Assembly (NCBI GenBank): GCA_026625185.1 | Contig: CP113000.1 | Span: 2,115,622 to 2,147,621, forward strand | Direction: 5' to 3' | Length of the DNA: 32,000 nucleotides | Source: Thermodesulfobacteriota bacterium | GTDB taxonomy: Bacteria > Desulfobacterota > WTBG01 > JAGOGO01 | Part shown: in pieces, positions 1 through 8,408 of the stretch | How positions within the stretch are numbered: the stretch's first letter is position 1 | Layout of the letters: each line of letters begins with the position of its first letter | Made by a program: the position numbers and the translations under genes | The notes under the pieces: model-generated | Database searches by the model: none | What the model was told of the DNA's origin: nothing | The model's input: the letters and a program-made list of their open reading frames with translations, nothing else

Positions 1-685
1 AATTCTGCGCCCCCGCTCCGACTCCGGGCTTATCACCGAGGTCATCCGGCAGATCATCAATTGCCTTCGCGAATATACTTTTGATTTTTTCTTTGATGCT
101 CATAGTAGTTGCCTCCTTATACATTGATGGTTGTTCCACCTCCTGGGGAGGCGGTGTTTTAATGTCTTCAATAGACCAGTCCGGCACAATCCGGTCGGCG
201 GTGTCCTGGTCGAACTTTTCAATCAGCCACTCCCGCAGACGCCGGAAAATGTCCCCGATGGTCCGGTCTTTCCATTCGTCAAATTCATAGGCGATTGATT
301 CTTCGCCCTCTTTAAAAGCGATATCCGACAGCCCCTTGACTGCCGGCGGCATTGCTCCCAGAAACCCCACATGCCGGAGGGTTAAATCCGGGTAAAGCGA
401 GATCGAACGTTTTTTGAAAAGTCCCTGTCTCACCATGTCGGCAAATTCCGGGACTACCTGTTTCAGCTTTGCCAGCAAAACTTTTCCCTCGCGCTTCAAT
501 TCCTCTACCCATGCCCAAGCCGGAGCATTTTCCTTCGGATGCCCGATCACAATCGGAGCTTCGTGTTCCGCGGGGTTATATTTTTGTACGATCCCGTCCA
601 GGTCGTCTTCCGTCCAGGTTTTGGTATTGCCCCCGGAATCGGTGTGCCTTCCCGTTTTAAAAATTTCAACAAATTTCCCATCCAT
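1..685 (-). CDS. Mu gpI-like head protease/scaffold, N-terminal 228 codons (ORF runs off the window edge)
   Basis: The minus frame is open from ATG at 685 down to position 2; I checked it triplet by triplet. The RBS is AAGGAGG (complement of 692-698). The ORF is absent from the track because it has no stop in the window. The translation MDGKFVEIFKTGRHTDSGGNTKTWTEDDLDGIVQKYNPAEHEAPIVIGHPKENAPAWAWVEELKREGKVLLAKL resembles the Mu-like prophage protease I family, and its position after the gpG-position gene matches Mu. Confidence 0.75.
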   Translation of the reverse strand, partial: MDGKFVEIFKTGRHTDSGGNTKTWTEDDLDGIVQKYNPAEHEAPIVIGHPKENAPAWAWVEELKREGKVLLAKLKQVVPEFADMVRQGLFKKRSISLYPDLTLRHVGFLGAMPPAVKGLSDIAFKEGEESIAYEFDEWKDRTIGDIFRRLREWLIEKFDQDTADRIVPDWSIEDIKTPPPQEVEQPSMYKEATTMSIKEKIKSIFAKAIDDLPDDLGDKPGVGAGAQN

Positions 686-815
686 GAAATCACCTCCTTA
701 ATGTGGATACCTTTTTATTTTGCCTGCCTCGCTTAAACCTTGCGGGCAGGTTCCGGTTACAAATGCCCGGATGGTAATATCATACTCCAACGCTTCTACG
801 GGCAAATTTTGCGCC

Positions 816-1265
816 TCAGTCGAACTTTACCCCCCCGAGAAAAATCTCCTGAAACCGGGGTTGAACTTTTCGAACTGCCTGCTCAAAAAACTTCTGCGGC
901 TTTTGCCCCTTTATAGTCACTTTTTTCACCACGATCTTTTTCCCCATCCAGGTAAAAGCCAAAGCCTGCTTGTCTTTAGGCCGAATATCAAACGGCCGCT
1001 TTTCCGGGCCGTACATGCCGGTGCCTTCGTGGACAAAAACCGCGTACGGTGTGGTAGCAGTCACCACCGCTGAGTTTCTGCCGGTGAGATACTTGCGGAT
1101 CGAGTTAGCAAGGTTGCTTGTCCGCCGGGGCACAACCGCAACCGCCTCTGCTTCGATCGCGCCGGCTACCCGCAAGAGACCGGACTGGATGACGTCCGCA
1201 ATATCCTTTTTCAGTTTCTGGGCTATCTGCCGGGGGTCCGGGTCTAAATGAAATTTTATGTCCAT
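816..1265 (-). CDS. virion morphogenesis protein (Mu gpG position; HK97 gp10-like motif)
   Basis: 149 aa. The segment TTPYAVFVHEGTGMYG resembles the YAxxVExGT signature of HK97 gp10-type head-tail proteins. The gene starts immediately after the portal stop (1265/1266). Confidence 0.65.
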   Translation of the reverse strand: MDIKFHLDPDPRQIAQKLKKDIADVIQSGLLRVAGAIEAEAVAVVPRRTSNLANSIRKYLTGRNSAVVTATTPYAVFVHEGTGMYGPEKRPFDIRPKDKQALAFTWMGKKIVVKKVTIKGQKPQKFFEQAVRKVQPRFQEIFLGGVKFD

Positions 1266-3335
1266 TTACACCACCATTACCGTTCGACAATGACAGTTAG
1301 GGTGAAAGGGAGGCAGGGGCATCTGCAAATACGCGCCCGAGGCCGGGTTCTGTTTAATCTGGTTGAGCATATTGCTATGTACACCCGCCACATCTATTTC
1401 GGTACCGTTTAAAGCCGCGCACCGCTCACAAGTCCGTTCGGTCATGGCGGCTACAATCCGCAGTTTTCCCACACCGGCCTGGTCTGCCTGCATTATGTCG
1501 GCGACAGAGCGCATCCGGGTCACCGAGGTGTCAATAATCCGCCTGATCTGCCAGTCTTCCAGCCCGGTAAGCTGATCCGCAAACTGGCTCCGGAAGCCGT
1601 CAATCGCTTCCCGGCTTCCCCGGCCGAATAACCCTTCGCCTTTTTCGAGATACTGGTTTTTCAGCCAATTCATCGCCGGCCCCTGCATGTCCTGATTCTC
1701 GATGAATTTGGAAAGATGCCACTTGTCGAGATTTTGCAGAGAATCGAGCACACCCTGATCAATCGGGGTAAAAGCAAACGTTATCGGCGGTTCATTGCCC
1801 AGCCAGGTGGATTTGTCCGAGAGCCGGTAAAAATCATAAATCCCTTTAACCGCATCCGAGATGTCCGCCTGATTTAATTTCTGGTAATATTTGCTCAAGG
1901 TTTTGTAAACTGCGGCGGTAAAGGCCGCCTCGGTCATCACCGGGGAGGCGAGCATCATTTTCTGCATCTCGTTGAGCGCCGCATCCCGGTGCTCTCCGGT
2001 GATGGCGGATAGCCGGTTGAAATATCCGTTGATCAGCTCCTGCCGTTTTTTCTCCATCTCCCCGTCAAGACTTTCGCTAATATCCTGTTCCGCATATTCG
2101 GAAAACAACTTCGGTGCTGATGACTGCGGGCTTACCAGTTTCTCCCCCTCCTCCGGTTTGGGAATCGAATAGGTGTCATAAAAATACTGTTCTCCGACCC
2201 GCAAACCAATATCTCTCACCAGAATCACATCCCGGTCAGCCAGCGGTTTAAGGTCTTTTTCTTCTTCCGTGCGGATCCAGATTTTGGGGTACGCGGTCAC
2301 TCCCGGAAAATTAAAATCCACCAGCCAGGGGATCAGAGTGTTATTGATGCATTCGCATAAAAGGTCGGCATCCGCTTTGGTGATGTCATCGCGCACCTCT
2401 TCCTGGGATTCCTCATTTCCTAATTTTCCCGGCGTGCCTTCGGTGGTCGCGGTCTGGCCGAGCACGGTCTTGCTCATCTGTTTATCCATGTATCCGCAGA
2501 GTGATTCATAGGTGTTGATGGTGCCGGAACGCTGGGCTTCAAGCAGATCGATCGTCATCCCTTCGGGTATGATCACTCCGGTTTCCTGCTGCAAGGCGTC
2601 AATCGCCTCGAGGAGGAGGTCCTGATCTTCTTTTTTTGTTCCGGCCGGGTATTTCCCAACCGGAGTGGGCGCGCCGAATTTTTCGCAAAATATCATCCAG
2701 AACTTGATCCCGTGCTTTTTGAACCACACCGGCCACCAGAGCTTCTGTCCCAGCCCTTTACCGTACGGGTTGTCTGAGCTGCCATAATTAAAAACGATAA
2801 ATTTTCGGTCCGGCACCTCTTCACCCTCGATCATGTTTTGGGGGGTGAGGAGCCGGAGTTCCCGGTCGGTCGTAAAAGAAAACCTCCGGGGATGTTTTGC
2901 TCTGATTTTTGCTATTCGCACCTGATCGTTTGCGTATTTCCACATCACCTCCCCGACATAGAATCCATAGAGAATGCCCTGGAGAAGTTCCTGCCGCGCC
3001 TGATCAAAGTTGCATTCTAAAAAAACCTCTTTGACAAAATCCGCGATTTTCTGTTCCTGGGTTTCAGCGCGGGGTCTTCCCCGTGAAATGCCGGTTTGGG
3101 CTGGCTCGATGTTCCATTCCTTGCCCACCACCGAGAGATACCGCGTCTGTAAAACACTTCCTGCGTGCGCGTCCCGGTCAACATCATCGTAGAGTTTCAG
3201 TCCCTTGCCTTGCGCTTCAGTGCGGAGCACGGGGTCAGGATTTTCCAACCGGTTGATCCAGCCCGAAAAGATGTCAATATCTTTTTGGGCGGTGGCAATT
3301 TCATTTACTTCAGGCTTTTTGATTTTTTCAGCCAT
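1266..3335 (-). CDS. portal protein (Mu gp29/DUF935-like) fused to a C-terminal MuF (gp30-like) minor head protein domain
   Basis: 689 aa, lying directly downstream of TerL. The C-terminus ERCAALNGTEIDV...PPFHPNCHCRTV carries the HPNCxC signature of the Phage_Mu_F/SPP1 gp7 family. The RBS is AAGAGGGA before ATG 3335. Confidence 0.85.
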   Translation of the reverse strand: MAEKIKKPEVNEIATAQKDIDIFSGWINRLENPDPVLRTEAQGKGLKLYDDVDRDAHAGSVLQTRYLSVVGKEWNIEPAQTGISRGRPRAETQEQKIADFVKEVFLECNFDQARQELLQGILYGFYVGEVMWKYANDQVRIAKIRAKHPRRFSFTTDRELRLLTPQNMIEGEEVPDRKFIVFNYGSSDNPYGKGLGQKLWWPVWFKKHGIKFWMIFCEKFGAPTPVGKYPAGTKKEDQDLLLEAIDALQQETGVIIPEGMTIDLLEAQRSGTINTYESLCGYMDKQMSKTVLGQTATTEGTPGKLGNEESQEEVRDDITKADADLLCECINNTLIPWLVDFNFPGVTAYPKIWIRTEEEKDLKPLADRDVILVRDIGLRVGEQYFYDTYSIPKPEEGEKLVSPQSSAPKLFSEYAEQDISESLDGEMEKKRQELINGYFNRLSAITGEHRDAALNEMQKMMLASPVMTEAAFTAAVYKTLSKYYQKLNQADISDAVKGIYDFYRLSDKSTWLGNEPPITFAFTPIDQGVLDSLQNLDKWHLSKFIENQDMQGPAMNWLKNQYLEKGEGLFGRGSREAIDGFRSQFADQLTGLEDWQIRRIIDTSVTRMRSVADIMQADQAGVGKLRIVAAMTERTCERCAALNGTEIDVAGVHSNMLNQIKQNPASGAYLQMPLPPFHPNCHCRTVMVV

Positions 3336-3344
3336 ATATCCCTC

Positions 3345-4658
3345 TTAGGCGTTTAGATACCGGTTCGCGGTCATAAAATCCCGCTGCTGCCGTGTGCTTT
3401 GATATTCGATGGGTACAACCAATCCCCCTGCCGCGTGCACCGCCAGCGCCAGCGCCCAGAATCGGTCTGCATGCGAGTCGTCGCTTCTCTCCGCGTCAAA
3501 CCTGATATTACCGCTGGAGGTTGTGAGCTTTTTAACGCTGTGAAAATCGTCGCGCTGCTTGCGGTCAATCGGGATCCGGATTTGCCGGTCTTCAAATTTT
3601 TTACGCAGTGTATTGGCCAGATCGAGTTTTACCGGCCCGGTAAACAGCACGCCTTCCACCGTATATTCTCCGTATTTTTTCTTTGCGTCCTCGACCGGTT
3701 TTTCGCCCATTCCGGTCTGGTCAATACATACCCGCCGCGGATGATATTGTCGCACAATCCGGTCAAGCTCTTGATCCTGCTCTGAAAATTTTGCCCCTTT
3801 CATCTCGATTTTCTCCCGTGTCCACAAAACGTCCCCGACCATTTCCAGCACATAAAAAACCGTAAGGTCGCGCCGCCGGCCGATATCCATCCCCGCGTAA
3901 AATGGGCCGTTGCCGGACAGATCGGGATTGTTGGCGCTGTCATGCTCCACCGAATTAATGAGATCGTAGGTAAGAAAAGCGGTCGCTTCATCCAGAAATT
4001 TCAGCTCATATTCCTGCTGCCACAATTCCTCATCATCAATCGCGTCTTTCAGAAGGGCGATATCATGTGGACAGCCATCGTTTACCGCCTGATAGATATC
4101 AACACTATGTTTGGAGAAAATCGGATTATTCCAAACCTCGTAGGCTTTGTTCTGTTTGCCTTTGGGGGTGAAAGTAATCACCAGCCGGTAGCCGGTGCGT
4201 GAAATAATCGGAAAAACTGCGGCCCAGATTTCACGGCTGTTTTTGTGGACTGAAAACTCATCAAGATACACGTTGGCGGAATAACCGCGGGCAGTGTCCG
4301 GGTTGGCGGGCACCCCGATCACTCGTGATCCGTTGCGAAACCCAACCTCCAGCACCCGGTACTCATCGCGCTCGCCGTTTTCCGCGGTGTATCCATAGGT
4401 GTTTTCAATAAAATCCATTGTCATGCCGGTGATCTCGCCGTGGAGCTTGATTTTCTCCATTAATTCTTTAACCTGGCGCTCACCTGATGAGATGGTTACC
4501 CATTTATTGTGGTCTCGCTCCCGGCAGTCCAATACGATCTCCGCGGCAGAAGAAAACGATTTGCCGGTCTGCCGCGCCCACATCCCCTCCTTGAATCGGG
4601 ATGTGTCATTGATCCATTTTTTTTCGTAGGGGTAAAGCTGAATTGCCGGATCAGACAA
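3345..4658 (-). CDS. terL: terminase large subunit (Mu gp28-like)
   Basis: 437 aa. It has a Walker A-like WARQTGKSFS and a C-terminal nuclease-like region. It sits between the gp27-like gene and the portal, and its start overlaps the upstream stop by 8 nt. Confidence 0.85.
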   Translation of the reverse strand: MSDPAIQLYPYEKKWINDTSRFKEGMWARQTGKSFSSAAEIVLDCRERDHNKWVTISSGERQVKELMEKIKLHGEITGMTMDFIENTYGYTAENGERDEYRVLEVGFRNGSRVIGVPANPDTARGYSANVYLDEFSVHKNSREIWAAVFPIISRTGYRLVITFTPKGKQNKAYEVWNNPIFSKHSVDIYQAVNDGCPHDIALLKDAIDDEELWQQEYELKFLDEATAFLTYDLINSVEHDSANNPDLSGNGPFYAGMDIGRRRDLTVFYVLEMVGDVLWTREKIEMKGAKFSEQDQELDRIVRQYHPRRVCIDQTGMGEKPVEDAKKKYGEYTVEGVLFTGPVKLDLANTLRKKFEDRQIRIPIDRKQRDDFHSVKKLTTSSGNIRFDAERSDDSHADRFWALALAVHAAGGLVVPIEYQSTRQQRDFMTANRYLNA

Positions 4659-5166
4659 GACCGTATACCCTTTCCTTAATAAAATTTACGAGTTCATCTT
4701 TGGTCATGGTTTTTGCGTTTTTCTCGGCATCCTTCACCAATTTTTTTGCCTTTTCTTTAACATCTACTTTAAATCGTTCCCGCATTACCGTGGAGCTTTG
4801 TAACTTTGCAAATTCACCCATGAGTTTTGGTATTTTTTCTAAATCAACCTTGCCGTCAATGAGCAAGTTAATCAGGTTTTCGGCCAATAGCTTGCTGATT
4901 GTCTCTTCTAAAACCATTCCTTCGCCGGCCTGGCTGACCAGAGCTTTTGATTGGTCCTCAACAATCCTGAGCCTTTGATATGTCGCTAAAAATCTTTTGC
5001 CATAACGCCCAAACGCACTTCGACTGATGTCATAGCCTTTCTCCGTGGCAAATTCATAAATATCGTCATAGGTAACGCCCGGCTCGAGGAATAGCCGATT
5101 GACCTCAGCGAGTATTTCGGGAGGCAGCTCATCCGAAACCCGGCTGTGCTGGCGGACTTTAGGCAT
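4651..5166 (-). CDS. DUF3486/Mu gp27-like protein (putative small terminase/DNA-binding subunit)
   Basis: LPPEILAEVNRLFLEPGVTYDDIYEFATEKGYDISRSAFGRYGKRF matches the N-terminal HTH pattern of gp27-like proteins. I prefer ATG at 5166 (MPKVRQH), which overlaps the upstream stop by 8 nt, over the track start at 5217. Confidence 0.7.
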   Translation of the reverse strand: MPKVRQHSRVSDELPPEILAEVNRLFLEPGVTYDDIYEFATEKGYDISRSAFGRYGKRFLATYQRLRIVEDQSKALVSQAGEGMVLEETISKLLAENLINLLIDGKVDLEKIPKLMGEFAKLQSSTVMRERFKVDVKEKAKKLVKDAEKNAKTMTKDELVNFIKERVYGLV

Positions 5167-5413
5167 TTTCTCCCAGCTCCCTTTTAATGTCCGCGATCTG
5201 GTCGAGCAATTGGACATACTCCGTATGCAAATCGTCCAGCTCGATGATTAATTGCCGGGCCTCGCCGGTTTTTAGCTCGGCAAAAGGCCGGATCGCCCCG
5301 GGCTGGATAATTATTTTGATCGCCCTGATAATGCCGTCGGCCTTGGTCACAATCGCGATTTGCTTACGTTTTTTTTCGGCCAGCGCGCCCTGCAAAATTA
5401 ATCGTTCACTCAT
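5159..5413 (-). CDS. hypothetical phage protein (coiled-coil, 84 aa)
   Basis: ATGA overlap with the upstream gene at 5410-5413 and an 8-nt overlap with the downstream gene. No recognisable motif. Confidence 0.5.
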   Translation of the reverse strand: MSERLILQGALAEKKRKQIAIVTKADGIIRAIKIIIQPGAIRPFAELKTGEARQLIIELDDLHTEYVQLLDQIADIKRELGENA

Positions 5414-5805
5414 TCGGGTACCCTCTTTATTTTTTGATTTTCTATTCGCACCATCGGGCAGAACTGATTTTGTTCGATGGCCGCTGTCAGCTGGGTAAAT
5501 GCCTGCGTGTTCATCATCACAATATCCTTGAATTCCCCCAGATGCCCTTCGTAATCCTTGGTGAGCTTTTCGTTTTTATCCACGAGGGCGGCATTATTTT
5601 TGTACATCGTTACCATTGCCTCAAACTGTCTTTTTTGTGTCTCAAACTGTCTATCCTGCCGAGTAGAATTTATCGCCATCCACAGATAGGGTCCGCCGAG
5701 AATGAGTACGATGATGAACAAAACAATCGCGCCGAAATGCCAGCTACTCATCATTTCAAGCACTTTAAGCAATAATGTTACCGCTGTAATTTGCTCCGGT
5801 GTCAT
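5410..5805 (-). CDS. single-pass membrane protein of the lysis cassette (i-spanin- or holin-like)
   Basis: ATG 5805 forms an ATGA overlap with the endolysin stop. There is an N-terminal TM segment (HFGAIVLFIIVLILGGPYLWMAI) followed by a coiled-coil-like region. I prefer this start over the track start at 5901, which would lie inside the endolysin gene. Confidence 0.5.
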   Translation of the reverse strand: MTPEQITAVTLLLKVLEMMSSWHFGAIVLFIIVLILGGPYLWMAINSTRQDRQFETQKRQFEAMVTMYKNNAALVDKNEKLTKDYEGHLGEFKDIVMMNTQAFTQLTAAIEQNQFCPMVRIENQKIKRVPE

Positions 5806-6326
5806 GTTTTCTCCCCGATTAATTTTTGATAGGTCGCCCACACCTTGCGGACGTGGTTGATCATTTGCTTGTAATCTGGCCGCTTGCCTCTGACCAAGCA
5901 CGTTGGATCAGCCAGATACTGCGCTATTTCGTCCCAGGTCGGCGGTATTGCCGCCTTGTGGGTTCGTACTCGGTAAAGCCCGATCGCTTTTTTGATATAA
6001 CCCCGTCCTCCGTTATAAGCGGCCAGAGCGGCTTTGTAGCGCGTCTCCTGGTCGGTTAATTCACGCAGCCGATCAAACTGTATGGCAAAATAAGCGGTTC
6101 CAATCCGAATATTTGTGATGGGATCTTTGAGTCGTTCCGGGTTGACAATCCCCAGATCTTTCGCGGTCGCGGGCATAATCTGCATTATTCCGATCGCACC
6201 GCATGGGCTTACCGCATTGGGGTCTAAATGAGACTCCTCTACCCCCATCGCCTTAAACAATTGCCAGTCGTGGCCGAGGTCTTTGTCGCGCTGTTTAAAT
6301 AAGAGGTCGTATTTTGTGTTATTCAT
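5802..6326 (-). CDS. lytic transglycosylase (SLT domain) endolysin
   Basis: GVEESHLDPNAVSPCGAIGIMQIMPATAKDLG contains the catalytic E-S and GxMQ motifs of SLT/goose-type transglycosylases. Confidence 0.85.
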   Translation of the reverse strand: MNNTKYDLLFKQRDKDLGHDWQLFKAMGVEESHLDPNAVSPCGAIGIMQIMPATAKDLGIVNPERLKDPITNIRIGTAYFAIQFDRLRELTDQETRYKAALAAYNGGRGYIKKAIGLYRVRTHKAAIPPTWDEIAQYLADPTCLVRGKRPDYKQMINHVRKVWATYQKLIGEKT

Positions 6327-6343
6327 AGGGTTCTCCGTTCACT

Positions 6344-6390
6344 AACTCCCCCAAACCCCCTCTTTAAAAAAGAGGGGGTTTGGGGGAGTT
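6344..6390. repeat. 22-bp perfect inverted repeat hairpin with a 3-nt loop; member of the AACTCCCCC-hairpin repeat family
   Basis: aactcccccaaaccccctcttt (6344-6365) is the exact reverse complement of aaagagggggtttgggggagtt (6369-6390). Related units occur at 24834-24875 and 26184-26220. Confidence 0.85.
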
Positions 6391-6723
6391 TTCTTGGGGG
6401 TGGTTTTCGTGTAAACTTTTCGGTGCGGTAAGCCGCAGCCAATCTGCGATATCCTCGACCGCGTTAATAATCTCGTTAGCTGTGGGCGTTTTTTCACCCA
6501 TCCATGAGCGATATACCTCATCCGTATCCTCATTCACGATTGCGATCGTGGGTGTTGACATAAAACCGTGATATTGAAATTCAGCCAGCGCCCCGGGATC
6601 CTCATCAACGTTGAATAAAACCGGCAAAACCTCTGACGGCAGTTTTATATCCAGATCCGTGTATAACATCTTTGCCGGAGCACAGAGGGGGCAATTATTT
6701 TTGACGAACAAGTAAACTCGCAC
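6364..6723 (-). CDS. thioredoxin/glutaredoxin-fold protein
   Basis: CPLC (CxxC) redox motif near the N-terminus (VKNNCPLCAPAK), with a GTG start at 6723. The last ~8 codons are encoded by the right arm of the 6344-6390 hairpin. Confidence 0.65.
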   Translation of the reverse strand: MRVYLFVKNNCPLCAPAKMLYTDLDIKLPSEVLPVLFNVDEDPGALAEFQYHGFMSTPTIAIVNEDTDEVYRSWMGEKTPTANEIINAVEDIADWLRLTAPKSLHENHPQENSPKPPLF

Positions 6724-6750
6724 TTAAAATCCCCTTGATCGTGAAAAGCC

Positions 6751-6797
6751 CAAAAAACAAAAAGACCGATTATCCACCATTTCTGGTAGATAATCGG
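6751..6797 (-). terminator. rho-independent terminator of the low-GC moron
   Basis: 9-bp stem ccgattatc (6766-6774) / gataatcgg (6789-6797). On the minus strand it is followed by TCTTTTTGTTTTTTG (complement of 6751-6765). Confidence 0.6.
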
Positions 6798-6876
6798 CCC
6801 AGTTTTCCTGACACCGATAAGAAATTATATTAGTTGTTTATCTTCCTATTTTACTCTTGTGGTACTTTGCGGTTTT

Positions 6877-7842
6877 TTATTTTTTATTAGCGTTTGGTTC
6901 CGCAGTATTTGGTTGCTGTTTTTTAACTATTGGCTTTTGCTCTTCAATTTTAAATTTTGGCTCATTTGATTGCTGACTTTTATCACGACTTACGGCTATA
7001 CTAAAAAGCAAGATAAGAACTCCGATACAAGCTATTAACATAACCCAAAAAGGCCAGACCCTCGCATCCTTATTAACAATCATGTGCAAACCCAACATGA
7101 AGCAGATTAATACTAAACCTGCTCCAGAAATTGCAATTAATATATCTGTGACAGTGTTTAAACTTGCAGTAAATTGAAACATTGAAAAAATTAAAGCGAT
7201 TGCCGCAGTAAACAGACCTAAACGCTCTATGTTTCGAGTTTTCTCTTCATCAACCTTCTTTTCTATGTTGTCTATTTTTTCATCAACCTTTTTTTCTAAA
7301 AGTTGGTTTGCTGAAAACAAAAAATTCGATTTTGTATTAAAATCGTTTGAAACCACTCTCATATGCAAGAGAAAACCTATGTTGGTCGCTAAATTTCTCA
7401 GGCTCATCTCTGAGTTATATTCTTCTAAATAACTTAACGTCATGTATGCTACCTTTTGAATTTCTTCTTTTGTTTCCTTCTGAACTTCTACAAAAAAATA
7501 TAAAGCTTTTTCTATACAATTAGCAGCCTCTTTTAACGGCTCAGGAATGCCTTGGGGAGGGGCCGAATTTAAAAAACCATATGTAAGAAGATGTGCTTTT
7601 TGGGCCAATAAGAAATAGCATTTTGCTTCACAACCCAATCCATCTTCGATAGCTTGTAAAGCCTCTATTGGTGTATTATGGTAGAGTAAAATCCTTGCCT
7701 TGGCGGAATAAGCAAAAATATTTTTTTGCTGTGCTAAAATTTCATCAAGTTTTTCAATAGCAATAAGGGGGCTCTCTCGGTAACCTTGCCATGCCGATTG
7801 GAATAAAGTTTGGTTTTCTATGCTGAGATGATATAAGTCCAT
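6877..7842 (-). CDS. membrane protein: helical-repeat (TPR-like) N-domain, Lys/Glu coiled coil, three C-terminal TM helices
   Basis: 321 aa. Coiled coil EKKVDEKIDNIEKKVDEEKTRNIERL. TM segments LGLFTAAIALIFSMFQF, ILIAISGAGLVLICFMLGLHMIV and VWPFWVMLIACIGVLILLFSIAV. Visibly lower GC than the flanks. 1-nt overlap with the upstream gene. Confidence 0.7.
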   Translation of the reverse strand: MDLYHLSIENQTLFQSAWQGYRESPLIAIEKLDEILAQQKNIFAYSAKARILLYHNTPIEALQAIEDGLGCEAKCYFLLAQKAHLLTYGFLNSAPPQGIPEPLKEAANCIEKALYFFVEVQKETKEEIQKVAYMTLSYLEEYNSEMSLRNLATNIGFLLHMRVVSNDFNTKSNFLFSANQLLEKKVDEKIDNIEKKVDEEKTRNIERLGLFTAAIALIFSMFQFTASLNTVTDILIAISGAGLVLICFMLGLHMIVNKDARVWPFWVMLIACIGVLILLFSIAVSRDKSQQSNEPKFKIEEQKPIVKKQQPNTAEPNANKK

Positions 7843-8066
7843 TACCTTCCCTTTTTTAGAATCGGCGGAGTGCTTCCCGGAGAGAGGTTTTTGTTATCTA
7901 TTATCTCATTTAACTTAATCGTCTCCGCCTTTTTTATGGCTACAATTAAGCCCTTTTCAAAACTCAGTTCGATTTTCCCATAAAATTCTTCGATAATCAA
8001 GGGTAAAATTAATTTTTCAAGTTTTTCTATCTGGTATGTTGGAGACTTTTTATCCATACTACTCAT
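7842..8066 (-). CDS. small YezD-like (DUF2292-like) protein
   Basis: 74 aa. QIEKLEKLILPLIIEEFYGKIELSFEKGLIVAIKKAETIKL follows the DUF2292 pattern (G-x-V/I-x-L/I ... G-x-I/V-V-x-I/V-E/K-K-x-E). It is the first gene of the low-GC pair. Confidence 0.55.
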   Translation of the reverse strand: MSSMDKKSPTYQIEKLEKLILPLIIEEFYGKIELSFEKGLIVAIKKAETIKLNEIIDNKNLSPGSTPPILKKGR

Positions 8067-8132
8067 ACTTCACACCTTACATTTAACATTTCAGGAAATT
8101 GTCGCCGATTTTGTTAAAATACTTTTCACATT

Positions 8133-8408
8133 TCACGCCTTACGCTTCACGGTCTTTAAGTACGCAAACAACCGACATCGCTTCCCATCCCGGATAAAAA
8201 ACCACTGATGATCCTCATCTTCCTGTGCGATTAAGATACCGTGATAACGCATTGCCTTCCGCAGGTCATCCCGGGTCGGCTCCCAATATCCGCAGGGAAT
8301 GACCTTTTGCCGGAGCATCGCCTGGTAATCCGCATACGCGGCCCGCCCGCCAACGATTACGAACGCCGCAATAACAAACCATATAAAATATTTTTTAAAA
8401 TTTATCAT
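8133..8408 (-). CDS. hypothetical membrane-anchored phage protein
   Basis: I prefer ATG 8408 (MINFKKYFIWFVIAAFVIVGG, an N-terminal TM segment). The track GTG 8432 would translate the heptamer array. Confidence 0.5.
   Translation of the reverse strand: MINFKKYFIWFVIAAFVIVGGRAAYADYQAMLRQKVIPCGYWEPTRDDLRKAMRYHGILIAQEDEDHQWFFIRDGKRCRLFAYLKTVKRKA

Noticed and set aside
721-750. Imperfect hairpin cctgcc...ggcagg between the gpG-position gene and the protease gene, as a possible terminator
   Set aside because: The stem is only ~6 bp with a long loop. The T-run precedes it on the plus strand, which makes it A-rich after the stem on the coding (minus) strand. It also lies inside a late operon where termination is not expected.
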